In this document: positions 19,094-27,884 of the stretch, piece after piece
Layout: each line of letters opens with the position of its first letter
Numbering within the stretch: position 1 is the first letter of the stretch
Source of the DNA: an uncultured Alphaproteobacteria bacterium
GTDB taxonomy: Bacteria > Pseudomonadota > Alphaproteobacteria > UBA3830 > JAIRWN01
DNA length: 64,000 nucleotides
Direction of reading: 5' to 3'
Assembly: GCA_964369315.1 (NCBI GenBank)
Contig: CAYJEJ010000001.1
Location: forward strand, 4,091-68,090
Position numbers and translations under genes: made by a program
The notes under the pieces: model-generated
The model's input: the letters and a program-made list of their open reading frames with translations, nothing else
What the model was told of the DNA's origin: nothing
The model's database searches: none

Positions 19094-20140
19094 ATGTCCA
19101 ATTTTTTTGATATTAACGTAAGAGCACAAGAAATTTTGAAACATCTCGTGGATGTTTACATCGACACGGGTGAACCTGTTGGTTCGCGAACGCTCGCTCG
19201 TTCGATGGGCATCTCTCTTTCCCCTGCCACTATTCGGGGGGTGATGTCTGATTTGGAGGATGCTGGTCTACTTTACTCGCCTCACACGTCCGCAGGAAGG
19301 GTTCCGACCGATAAAGGGTTTCAGATGTTCGTGCAAGCATTACTAGAGGTTGGCGACCTGTCTTTGCAAGAAAAAGATATGATTGAACGCCAAGGAACAA
19401 TATCTGGCGGGTCAGTTGGTCAAGCTCTTGAAAAGATTGTGCAAAATCTGGCTGGTCTGACCAAATGTGCTGGTTTGGTGATTGCACCCAAGGGCGAGGC
19501 GAAGCTGAAACATATCGAATTTGTATATCTTGCTCCTCAGCGAGTGCTCATTGTCATTGTGACTGCAGATGGACTAGTGGAAAACAGGATAATCGAAACC
19601 CCAGAGAAAATAGACGCATCTATTTTGCAAGAGGCGAGCAATTTTTTAAATCACCTAATCGCTAATAGAACCCTCGATGATATAAGAGAAATTATACAAA
19701 GCGAAATTCAACTTCAGAAGGCTGAGTTAAACGAGTTGACTTTGCGTGTATTGAAAGAGGGGTTGGCGATAAAATCTCATTTTACAGGTTATGGCGATAA
19801 TGAGTGTTATATCGTGCGAGGAAGGTCGCATTTGCTAGAAAATGTTCAAAAGGCGAGCGAACTTGACCAAATTCGGCGTTTATTCGAAGCCTTAGATACA
19901 AAAGAAATGGTGCAGCATTTGCTAGATTTGGTCATTCGTGCCGATGGCGTGCAAATATTTATTGGCTCAGAGAACTCTTTATTTAATTTAACGGGGTGTT
20001 CGGTTATAATGGCACCTTGCGTTGTGCCTGGATCGACGACAATTGGGGCGATTGGCGTTGTGGGACCTTCTAGAATAAATTATGGAAGGATAGTGTCTTT
20101 GGTCGATTTTACTACTAGAATTATCGAAAAAATGTCTTAA
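19094..20140 (+). CDS. hrcA: heat-inducible transcription repressor HrcA
   Basis: 348 aa. N-terminal winged-helix region ...YIDTGEPVGSRTLA... Position between rph and grpE is typical of Alphaproteobacteria. Confidence 0.9.
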   Translation: MSNFFDINVRAQEILKHLVDVYIDTGEPVGSRTLARSMGISLSPATIRGVMSDLEDAGLLYSPHTSAGRVPTDKGFQMFVQALLEVGDLSLQEKDMIERQGTISGGSVGQALEKIVQNLAGLTKCAGLVIAPKGEAKLKHIEFVYLAPQRVLIVIVTADGLVENRIIETPEKIDASILQEASNFLNHLIANRTLDDIREIIQSEIQLQKAELNELTLRVLKEGLAIKSHFTGYGDNECYIVRGRSHLLENVQKASELDQIRRLFEALDTKEMVQHLLDLVIRADGVQIFIGSENSLFNLTGCSVIMAPCVVPGSTTIGAIGVVGPSRINYGRIVSLVDFTTRIIEKMS

Positions 20141-20169
20141 ACACATGAACTTTTGAAAGGATATAAAAT

Positions 20170-20754
20170 ATGAACGACTCAAATATAATTGAAGAAAAAA
20201 ACGATGATATGATAAATGATAATATAGTGGAACAAGATGTCAAATCTGAGCCTGAGCAAGTAAAGGTTGAGGTGGAAGAGCTAATCGCTATCAAGGACGA
20301 AGAAATTAAACAATTAAAAGATAGCTTGCTCAGAACAATCGCAGAAAATGAAAACTTCCAAAAACGCATGCAGCGAGAAAAAGAGGATTTAACTAAATAT
20401 ACCTTGACGAAATTCGCAAGGGATTTGTTGCCTGTGTTAGACAATTTTGCTAGGGCAATTGAGGCGACGAATAATTTAATAGAATCTGTTGATGTGGGTA
20501 TCATTGACGGCATAAAAATTACTGAAAAAGAGTTGTTATCTGTTTTAGCTAAAAATAGCATCATTCCTATTGAAGCCAAGCAAGGGGACTTGTTTGACCC
20601 GATACAACACCAAGCAATGCTTGAAGTTGAGTCGGCTGACGTTGAATCTGGCAAGATTGTGAGTATTTTACAGGTTGGGTATATGATTGGGGAGCGGCTC
20701 TTAAGACCAACTATGGTGAGCGTTGCGAAAAACAATGACGCGTTGGAAAATTAG
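20170..20754 (+). CDS. grpE: nucleotide exchange factor GrpE
   Basis: 194 aa. Acidic N-terminus, ...LRTIAENENFQKRMQREKED..., and C-terminal ...VGYMIGERLLRPTMV. Confidence 0.92.
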   Translation: MNDSNIIEEKNDDMINDNIVEQDVKSEPEQVKVEVEELIAIKDEEIKQLKDSLLRTIAENENFQKRMQREKEDLTKYTLTKFARDLLPVLDNFARAIEATNNLIESVDVGIIDGIKITEKELLSVLAKNSIIPIEAKQGDLFDPIQHQAMLEVESADVESGKIVSILQVGYMIGERLLRPTMVSVAKNNDALEN

Positions 20755-20757
20755 TTT

Positions 20758-21864
20758 ATGGGCTTAAATTGTGGCATAGTGGGGCTTCCAAACGTTGGTA
20801 AATCGACGTTGTTTAATGCATTAACCCAGACAGCAGCAGCCCAAGCGGCTAATTATCCTTTTTGTACTATTGAGCCGAATGTGGGGCTTGTGTGCGTTCC
20901 GGACAAGCGTTTAGACCTGCTGTCTGATATGGCTAAAACTAGGAAAAAAATTCCCGCCCAGTTGGAAATAGTAGACATCGCAGGGCTTGTTAAGAAGGCG
21001 AGTGACGGCGAGGGGCTTGGAAATCAGTTTTTAGGTCATATTCGCGAGGTGGACGCGATTTTGCATGTCTTGCGGTGTTTTGAGAATGATGACATCACCC
21101 ACGTTGAAGGGAGCGTTGACCCGATAAGAGATGCTGGGATAGTGGAAACAGAGCTAATTCTTGCTGATATTGAGAGCCTGCAAAAACGCAAATTAAACCT
21201 AGAGAAAAAATGTAGGGTAAGCAAAGACGCGGAGCTTTCTCGCACGATTGATTTAATCGACAGGGCTTTGGAAGTCTTACAAAAAGACCTTCCAGCACGT
21301 AAGATGGCGTTAAATGACGCTGATGAAGAAAGCTTATTTAAGGGGCTGCAGCTATTAACCTCAAAACCTGTGATTTTTATATGTAACGTTGGCGAGGATG
21401 AGGTTGTCGGCGGGAACGAATACTCTAAAACCGTTGCGGAGTTCTCCCAACAAAATGACGCCTTGTCAGTGATAATTTCTGCCGCAATTGAGGCAGAGGT
21501 TGCCATCCTTAACACTGAAGAGGAAAAAAGCGAATATATCAAATCTATGGGGCTTGAAGAAGCTGGGCTTTCAAGGATTATTCGTGAGGGGTACCGGTTG
21601 CTTGATTTAATCACTTTTTTCACGGTGGGTGAGAAAGAGACAAGGGCTTGGACAATAAAAAATGGAGCCAAGGCACCAGAATCAGCTGGCACAATCCACA
21701 CTGATTTCCAGCGTGGGTTCATCTGCACCGAAACCATATCATATATGGATTATCTAGAATATGGTGGTGAGCAAGGTGTAAAAGCTGCGGGCAAGATGCG
21801 TCTTGAGGGCAAAGAATATGTTGTGCAAGATGGTGATGTCATGCATTTTCGGTTTAACGTGTGA
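20758..21864 (+). CDS. ychF: redox-regulated ATPase YchF (Obg-family GTPase-like)
   Basis: 368 aa. G1 motif GIVGLPNVGKSTLFNALT and C-terminal ...YVVQDGDVMHFRFNV. Confidence 0.93.
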   Translation: MGLNCGIVGLPNVGKSTLFNALTQTAAAQAANYPFCTIEPNVGLVCVPDKRLDLLSDMAKTRKKIPAQLEIVDIAGLVKKASDGEGLGNQFLGHIREVDAILHVLRCFENDDITHVEGSVDPIRDAGIVETELILADIESLQKRKLNLEKKCRVSKDAELSRTIDLIDRALEVLQKDLPARKMALNDADEESLFKGLQLLTSKPVIFICNVGEDEVVGGNEYSKTVAEFSQQNDALSVIISAAIEAEVAILNTEEEKSEYIKSMGLEEAGLSRIIREGYRLLDLITFFTVGEKETRAWTIKNGAKAPESAGTIHTDFQRGFICTETISYMDYLEYGGEQGVKAAGKMRLEGKEYVVQDGDVMHFRFNV

Positions 21865-21943
21865 ACTTGTTGGTTGAAAAACATTGAAGGATGTTTTGTG
21901 CTGTGTTAAGCTCCTGTCTTAAGATTTGTTTTTGGTGTTTTTT

Positions 21944-22282
21944 ATGAAATTTTTGCTAGCATTTCATTTTTTGGTAACCTTGGCTTTGGTTGGCGTTATC
22001 TTAATTCAAAAAAGTGGTGATAGTGCACTGGGTATTGGCGGGAATACAGGCGGGCTTTTAACCCCGAGGGGGCAGGCAAACTTGTTGACCAAAATTACAG
22101 GTGGATTGGCGATTCTATTTTTTGTTAACTGCATTGTTATGGCGACGATTTCAAAACCATCTGGTAAAAGCACCTCAATTATCGATAAAGCTGCCCAAGA
22201 GCAGGTCATCGATGTCCCGTCTAAAGGCGGGGATGCCAGCCCTTCAACAAAACAAGTGAATAATCCCCAAGTCCCTCAATAG
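21944..22282 (+). CDS. secG: preprotein translocase subunit SecG
   Basis: ATG at 21944 (the ORF is open from 21926). Two TM helices and the ILIQKSGDSALG motif. Confidence 0.85.
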   Translation: MKFLLAFHFLVTLALVGVILIQKSGDSALGIGGNTGGLLTPRGQANLLTKITGGLAILFFVNCIVMATISKPSGKSTSIIDKAAQEQVIDVPSKGGDASPSTKQVNNPQVPQ

Positions 22283-22343
22283 GGCGGGGATAAACATTAG
22301 AATGCTTTCTGATTTTTGAAATAAGGACTGGTGACATTTATCC

Positions 22344-23093
22344 TTATATAGACCTAGATTGTGACTTATATAGGTCTGTTAGAAATAGTAATTTATTTTT
22401 ATGCTCAGGTTTAATGTTGCCCTCATTGAAAAAAATAACCATTACTCGTCTTTTATCTACCAATAATTCAAAATCTTTAGTTTTATGAAAATTAAATCTA
22501 GTTTTTCCTGGATTTTTACCTGCCTTAAGAGGTCTTTTTTTATAAATGTTTGATAACTGTCCATTCGGCATGCATATGATATTAATATTTAAAATTTCAA
22601 GATTGTTATCCTCATATAAAATGGTAATAAAATATGTTAAACAAGGCTTGGATAAACCGTCATATTGATAATAATGTGGGAGATGTGGGGAATATTCTCT
22701 TTCCTTTTTGTTGACATCCATAAAATAATTGTAACTATTTTGATTTTCACCAACAAATATGGAATTATTGTAGTCACCGATATTCCTAGTTTGAACAGTT
22801 TTTAGGTCTATATGGATAAAAGCATCTTCAACTTCAAAAAATAAATCAGAGCCCACTGGACACGAATTAGGTCTTCCAATGGCTTTTCCATTAAGCAAAG
22901 CGTAAACTATCCTTTCTGCTCCGACACTAAAATCTCCAGAGCCATTAGTGTTCCAAAACTTATACCATTGACCTTTTATTTTTTCTTTAGTTTGAAAGCC
23001 CGAGAGCATCTCATCTTCTGCAAATTTTAAGAAATAATAAAATTTTTTCAAATATTTATATTCTAAGATTTCTAATTCTTTATCTGTTATCAT
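22344..23093 (-). CDS. putative type II restriction endonuclease (PD-(D/E)xK candidate)
   Basis: Likely start is MITDKELEIL at 23093, overlapping the methyltransferase stop (23080-23082) by 14 nt. Candidate catalytic segment GSDLFFEVEDAFIHIDLKT. The call rests mainly on gene context. Confidence 0.55.
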   Translation of the reverse strand: MITDKELEILEYKYLKKFYYFLKFAEDEMLSGFQTKEKIKGQWYKFWNTNGSGDFSVGAERIVYALLNGKAIGRPNSCPVGSDLFFEVEDAFIHIDLKTVQTRNIGDYNNSIFVGENQNSYNYFMDVNKKEREYSPHLPHYYQYDGLSKPCLTYFITILYEDNNLEILNINIICMPNGQLSNIYKKRPLKAGKNPGKTRFNFHKTKDFELLVDKRRVMVIFFNEGNIKPEHKNKLLFLTDLYKSQSRSI

Positions 23094-24282
23094 AATATAT
23101 CTGTAACATATGTAACACTTCTTGTGCAATACGATTAGCAAATTTAACAGGGACAGCATTTCCTATTTGTCGATACATGCTATTTAAACTGCCGTAAAAT
23201 ATAAAATCATCGGGAAATGTTTGAATTCTAGCACATTCTCTAGCAGATAGTCGTCGGTGTTTATTTATGTGGATTTCTGGGCTGGTAGCAGTGATAGTGT
23301 CACTTGGGGTTTTCCAGTTTGTTATTCTGAGCGACTGCTCAAATACAATCTGTTTTTCCTCAAGCTCAGTGACTTGTTTGTCGTATTTATCATCAAAATT
23401 TAAAATTGTTTTTAATTTCCACCAATCGTTTGGCTTCGGGATACTGCCAGAATTATTGTCTTTCCTGAACCAGTGTCCTGCTGTGTGTTTGTAACCAAAA
23501 ATTTGGTCTATACTTTTTGTTGAAATATTAGCTTTTTTTCTCCATAATTTCAGATAATCGCATATTTCGAATTGAGTGACCTTGTGTTTTCTTGCCCAAA
23601 ATTTATCATGTACATTAGTAGAGCTATAGTGGTTATAGATGGTTTTATTATTGATTTTTATAGGCTCAAATTGAATATCTATATGTTGTAAATCACCGAT
23701 TGCTTGTTCTGTTGTAATAAAATTATTAGCTTGATGGGATGCTTTGGGGAAAAAATTCTCGCAACCAATTTTATTTCCAATAATTATTACTCTTTCTCTT
23801 TGTTGTGGCACACCATAAAAGGCGGTATTTATCAGTTTATAGGCTACCTTGTATCCAAGGTCTTCCAAGTCTTGCTTTATATTTGCAAAAACTAGCCCTT
23901 TACCTAGGGACAATATACCTTTGACATTTTCAGCGACAATAATTTTTGGATTAGAAATTGTAATAAACCTAATCATCTCTTTGTATAAGGCATTTCTGTC
24001 ATCATTAACATGCCTGTTTTTGTTAGCGATTGAAAAGCCTTGACAAGGAAACCCGCCGATTAGAACATCGACATCTCTAGGGATTAAATCATCTTTGATT
24101 TCAGATATATTAAGATTTAATATGTTTGGGTCTATGTTTTTCGCATAAGTGGTACAGGCATCTTTGTCAAAATCATTCGCAAAAATAATATTAAATCCAG
24201 ACTGTTTAAAGCCTAAATCCATGCCCCCAGCTCCAGAGAACAAACTAATTAGTTTAAAATTATTAGACAAAAGCCATCCCAC
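23080..24282 (-). CDS. DNA (cytosine-5)-methyltransferase
   Basis: 400 aa with a GTG start. Motif I is FSGAGGMDLGF, motif IV GGFPCQGFS, motif VI ENVKG, motif VIII QQRERV, motif X QIGNAVP. A long variable (TRD) region lies between VIII and IX. Confidence 0.93.
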   Translation of the reverse strand: MGWLLSNNFKLISLFSGAGGMDLGFKQSGFNIIFANDFDKDACTTYAKNIDPNILNLNISEIKDDLIPRDVDVLIGGFPCQGFSIANKNRHVNDDRNALYKEMIRFITISNPKIIVAENVKGILSLGKGLVFANIKQDLEDLGYKVAYKLINTAFYGVPQQRERVIIIGNKIGCENFFPKASHQANNFITTEQAIGDLQHIDIQFEPIKINNKTIYNHYSSTNVHDKFWARKHKVTQFEICDYLKLWRKKANISTKSIDQIFGYKHTAGHWFRKDNNSGSIPKPNDWWKLKTILNFDDKYDKQVTELEEKQIVFEQSLRITNWKTPSDTITATSPEIHINKHRRLSARECARIQTFPDDFIFYGSLNSMYRQIGNAVPVKFANRIAQEVLHMLQIYYDNR

Positions 24283-24475
24283 GATATCATAAAAATCAAC
24301 CTAGCACATACTGAAGTGCGATAACAGTTCCGCGAATTTTCTTGCTATTGTACTCTAATAGTATTGTATTTTGAAGTCGAAATTATCTTTTGAGTTACTC
24401 TCACCATTTGATTTAGGTTAAACAATGGATAAGATAACCTTATTATAGATTTATATTGCTTCTTGAATTTGAGTT

Positions 24476-24494
24476 GGGGCGGTGTATCCGCCCC
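24476..24494 (-). terminator. GC-rich hairpin 10 nt downstream of kinase-like gene A
   Basis: ggggcgg-tgtat-ccgcccc is a perfect 7-bp GC stem in an AT-rich context. There is no clean U-tract, so terminator function is uncertain. Confidence 0.4.
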
Positions 24495-24504
24495 ATGCAA
24501 TTTG

Positions 24505-26013
24505 TTAAAGGTTTTCGAAGTCTTTTATTTTAAAATCAAAGTACTTAATAGCGGTTATTTGTAGAGCTAATTCGTTAAAACCACAAGAGAGATTGTTATC
24601 TTTCAATTGCTCTAGGGTGCTGTTTGGGTTAAGCAACACGTCAGAGAATTTTATGACAGATTTTAAGTAATCTAATTCATTAGGGTAGGTTTCAGCGAAT
24701 GCTTTTGGGAACTTTGTTTTTATTTCCCCTTGAGCATTGGTGAAATTATATTCATTCGCCGTGTCGCAAAATGGGTTGCAAGAAAACAATGCTCCTAATT
24801 GAAAGGTTGTGTCCCAGTATGAGTTAAATGCAAAACCTTTGAAATACCCAAGAAGCATTCGATGGGGCTCCTCTTCTTGAACAATTATGTCTTTGTGAAA
24901 GAAAGGTAGGTGTTTTCTATTGATTATGTGTCTGGCGATATAACTGTCCATAAAATCTACGAATGTTGCTAAATCTTTAAAAGATTGTGCCCCACGGTTG
25001 TTCCAACTTCTATTACCACCACCATATATTTCATCAAATATTTTTAAACCATAATAATATTCCCCCAATGCATATTGTAAAGCAATAGAATTATCAAATA
25101 ATTGATAATATTGCTTAAGAAACACACATTTTTGTTCAGACGTATTTGTGGTTGTGTCGAGCAGTATATCTGAGACGTCAGCACATATATTTGTTAATTC
25201 TTTCTCTTTTTTTATTGCATTTAAGCTAAGATTGTCTGTTGTTAAATAGCGAAAAGTTTCGGAGTATAATCTTGCAGAACTCCAATCTATTATAAAAATT
25301 GTTGGATTCTGAGGTGTCATGTCACTGTAATTTATAAAAAAATTTTTTCCATGCATATCTCCTTGATGATAACCCCTTTCAGGCAGAACACATAATAAAT
25401 TACCCCAAAATTCTTCAGTTTTCTCGGCTTCATCGAGTTGTTTTGCTCTTGTGTGATGAGATAAGATACCAAATATTTGTGTTCCTTGAGCGAATGGTTG
25501 TATTTGTACAAGTTTTTCATTTGGATTTAACTTCCCTATTTGACTTAGGTCATCGGATAAGAAGTTAATTTTTCTAACATTGTGACTTGATGTATCTACT
25601 ATCAACATATCTGTGGGGTGCACGGCGATGACCTTATAAGTTTCTCCATCAAAATCGAAATCAAATATAGGTGTTAAACCATTGTCAGATGGTGTTATGT
25701 TCTTTGCCATCATTTGGGACTTAAGGATTTGTAGGCTTTTGAATTCTTCATTGTCTCTTTGGGATTCGGCAATTTTGATAATATGGTTTTCATGTTTGTA
25801 AATGTGGGCGATTTTCTCTATTGGATAGTGTATTTTTTCCACGAGAGCTTTAGTGTCGTCATTAGGTGATATTTGTACTAATTTTGTTTTATCAATATTA
25901 AAATGTTGAGAAGCAACATTGAGCATGTCGTCAATATTTAAGGCAGCGTTTAAATGGCAAGCACTAACTATTGATGTGATGGCAAGACATAAATAAGTAT
26001 ATAATTTTTTCAT
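24505..26013 (-). CDS. exported protein-kinase-like / aminoglycoside-phosphotransferase-fold protein, paralog A
   Basis: Start is MKKLYTY at 26013, with AGGAG 8 nt upstream (the ORF is open to 26046). Signal peptide is LCLAITSIVSACHLNA. Kinase-like motifs: HIIKIAES, YHQGDMHGKNFFI (HxDxxxxN-like) and IFIIDWSSA. Confidence 0.6.
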   Translation of the reverse strand: MKKLYTYLCLAITSIVSACHLNAALNIDDMLNVASQHFNIDKTKLVQISPNDDTKALVEKIHYPIEKIAHIYKHENHIIKIAESQRDNEEFKSLQILKSQMMAKNITPSDNGLTPIFDFDFDGETYKVIAVHPTDMLIVDTSSHNVRKINFLSDDLSQIGKLNPNEKLVQIQPFAQGTQIFGILSHHTRAKQLDEAEKTEEFWGNLLCVLPERGYHQGDMHGKNFFINYSDMTPQNPTIFIIDWSSARLYSETFRYLTTDNLSLNAIKKEKELTNICADVSDILLDTTTNTSEQKCVFLKQYYQLFDNSIALQYALGEYYYGLKIFDEIYGGGNRSWNNRGAQSFKDLATFVDFMDSYIARHIINRKHLPFFHKDIIVQEEEPHRMLLGYFKGFAFNSYWDTTFQLGALFSCNPFCDTANEYNFTNAQGEIKTKFPKAFAETYPNELDYLKSVIKFSDVLLNPNSTLEQLKDNNLSCGFNELALQITAIKYFDFKIKDFENL

Positions 26014-26143
26014 TCTTTTACTCCTTATTTTTAGAACGATATACACTATATATCACAAATATACCGTAATAGTCAAAGAAACCTTATTTTGAATTTTGTT
26101 AAAAATTGCTGTTTTTTTGTATAAAGGAGATGGTGTTTTTTAT

Positions 26144-26223
26144 TTATTTTTTAATAGAGAAGTCGCTTGTTCTAACTAGCTCAAGCATTTTATTGAATGC
26201 TTTTTGAATTTGAGTTGGGGCGG
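26144..26223 (-). pseudogene. relic copy of the alaS 3' end inside the tandem array
   Basis: Exactly 1,741 bp from the real alaS tail (27885-27964). It shares ttatttattttttaatagaga and cattttattgaatgctttttgaatttgagttggggcgg, with a short cluster of mismatches between them. Confidence 0.8.
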
Positions 26224-26235
26224 AGTATCCGCCCC
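26217..26235 (-). terminator. GC-rich hairpin 10 nt downstream of kinase-like gene B
   Basis: ggggcgg-agtat-ccgcccc. The left arm derives from alaS coding sequence. Confidence 0.4.
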
Positions 26236-26245
26236 ATGCAATTTG

Positions 26246-27754
26246 TTAAAGGTTTTCGAAGTCTTTTATTTTAAAATCAAAGTACTTAATAGCGGTTATT
26301 TGTAGAGCTAATTCGTTAAAACCACAAGAGAGATTGTTATCTTTCAATTGCTCTAGGGTGCTGTTTGGGTTAAGCAACACGTCAGAGAATTTTATGACAG
26401 ATTTTAAGTAATCTAATTCATTAGGGTAGGTTTCAGCGAATGCTTTTGGGAACTTTGTTTTTATTTCCCCTTGAGCATTGGTGAAATTATATTCATTCGC
26501 CGTGTCGCAAAATGGGTTGCAAGAAAACAATGAACCTAATTGAAAGGTTGTGTCCCAGTGTGAGTTAAATACAGACTCTTTGAGATATTCAAGAGAAAAG
26601 ATTGCATTGTCTTGAACAATTATGTCTTTGTGAAAGCAAGGTAGGTGTTGTCTATTGATTATGTGTCTAGCGATATAACTGTTCATAGAATCTACTAATG
26701 TTGCTAAATCTTTAAAAGATTGTGCCCCACGGTTTTGCCACTCTAACGTATTTTCACGCATCTCTAATAATTGACAATCTTCACATCCAAAGAGATATTC
26801 ATAAACGGGTGACGAATCGAAAAAAGCAAAAAATTTTCTATTGAAGTGTTTTCTAAGTTTTTCAAGGATATGTGCAGCATTGTTCCCCCTTTGTACCATA
26901 CCCCAGTCTAAGGGTGGGGCATCATTTTGAGCTAATTGACCAAGGCGGGATAATTGTTTCTCTGCGTTAAAGCTAAGAGCATATGGAAGGAGAATAAGCG
27001 GTATTAGCTCCATCTCTTCTTGCTCTCTTGCGGAGCTCCAGTCTATAAAATAACAAATTCTTTTATTAGGTAAGAACAATATATTACCAGAATTACCATC
27101 TCCATGGGAAATTTTGTTTTCATAGAGAGTGCATAATAAATTACCCCAAAATTCTTCAGTTTTCTCGGCTTCATCGAATTGTTTTGCTTTTATGTGAGAA
27201 GATAAGATGTCAAATATTTTTGTTCCTTGAGCGAATGGTTGTATTTGTACAAGTTTTTCATTTGGATTTAACTTCCCTATTTGACTTAGGTCATCGGATA
27301 AGAAGTTAATTTTTCTAACATTGTGACTTGATGTATCTACTATCAACATATCTGTGGGGTGCACGGCGATGACCTTATAAGTTTCTCCATCAAAATCGAA
27401 ATCAAATATAGGTGTTAAACCATTGTCAGATGGTGTTATGTTCTTTGCCATCATTTGGGACTTAAGGATTTGTAGGCTTTTGAATTCTTCATTGTCTCTT
27501 TGGGATTCGGCAATTTTGATAATATGGTTTTCATGTTTGTAAATGTGGGCGATTTTCTCTATTGGATAGTGTATTTTTTCCACGAGAGCTTTAGTGTCGT
27601 CATTAGGTGATATTTGTACTAATTTTGTTTTATCAATATTAAAATGTTGAGAAGCAACATTGAGCATGTCGTCAATATTTAAGGCAGCGTTTAAATGGCA
27701 AGCACTAACTATTGATGTGATGGCAAGACATAAATAAGTATATAATTTTTTCAT
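26246..27754 (-). CDS. exported protein-kinase-like / aminoglycoside-phosphotransferase-fold protein, paralog B
   Basis: Same signal peptide and N-terminal ~178 aa as paralog A. Central motifs are ISHGDGNSGNILFL and CYFIDWSSA. The last 94 aa are identical to A. Confidence 0.6.
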   Translation of the reverse strand: MKKLYTYLCLAITSIVSACHLNAALNIDDMLNVASQHFNIDKTKLVQISPNDDTKALVEKIHYPIEKIAHIYKHENHIIKIAESQRDNEEFKSLQILKSQMMAKNITPSDNGLTPIFDFDFDGETYKVIAVHPTDMLIVDTSSHNVRKINFLSDDLSQIGKLNPNEKLVQIQPFAQGTKIFDILSSHIKAKQFDEAEKTEEFWGNLLCTLYENKISHGDGNSGNILFLPNKRICYFIDWSSAREQEEMELIPLILLPYALSFNAEKQLSRLGQLAQNDAPPLDWGMVQRGNNAAHILEKLRKHFNRKFFAFFDSSPVYEYLFGCEDCQLLEMRENTLEWQNRGAQSFKDLATLVDSMNSYIARHIINRQHLPCFHKDIIVQDNAIFSLEYLKESVFNSHWDTTFQLGSLFSCNPFCDTANEYNFTNAQGEIKTKFPKAFAETYPNELDYLKSVIKFSDVLLNPNSTLEQLKDNNLSCGFNELALQITAIKYFDFKIKDFENL

Positions 27755-27884
27755 TCTTTTACTCCTTATTTTTAGAACGATATACACTATATATCACAAA
27801 TATACCGTAATAGTCAAAGAAACCTTATTTTGAATTTTGTTAAAAATTGCTGTTTTTTTGTATAAAGGAGATGGTGTTTTTTAT

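Noticed and set aside
20121-20735. 204-aa minus-strand ORF. Similar long ORFs are at 21036-21737, 38179-38586, 42269-42607, 49244-49738, 59686-60255 and 62882-63406.
   Set aside because: Each is antisense to a confidently identified gene: grpE, ychF, kdsD, gatC, folD, gyrB and tsaD. The translations are low-complexity and Ser/Ile/Phe-rich, with no motifs. These are shadow ORFs.
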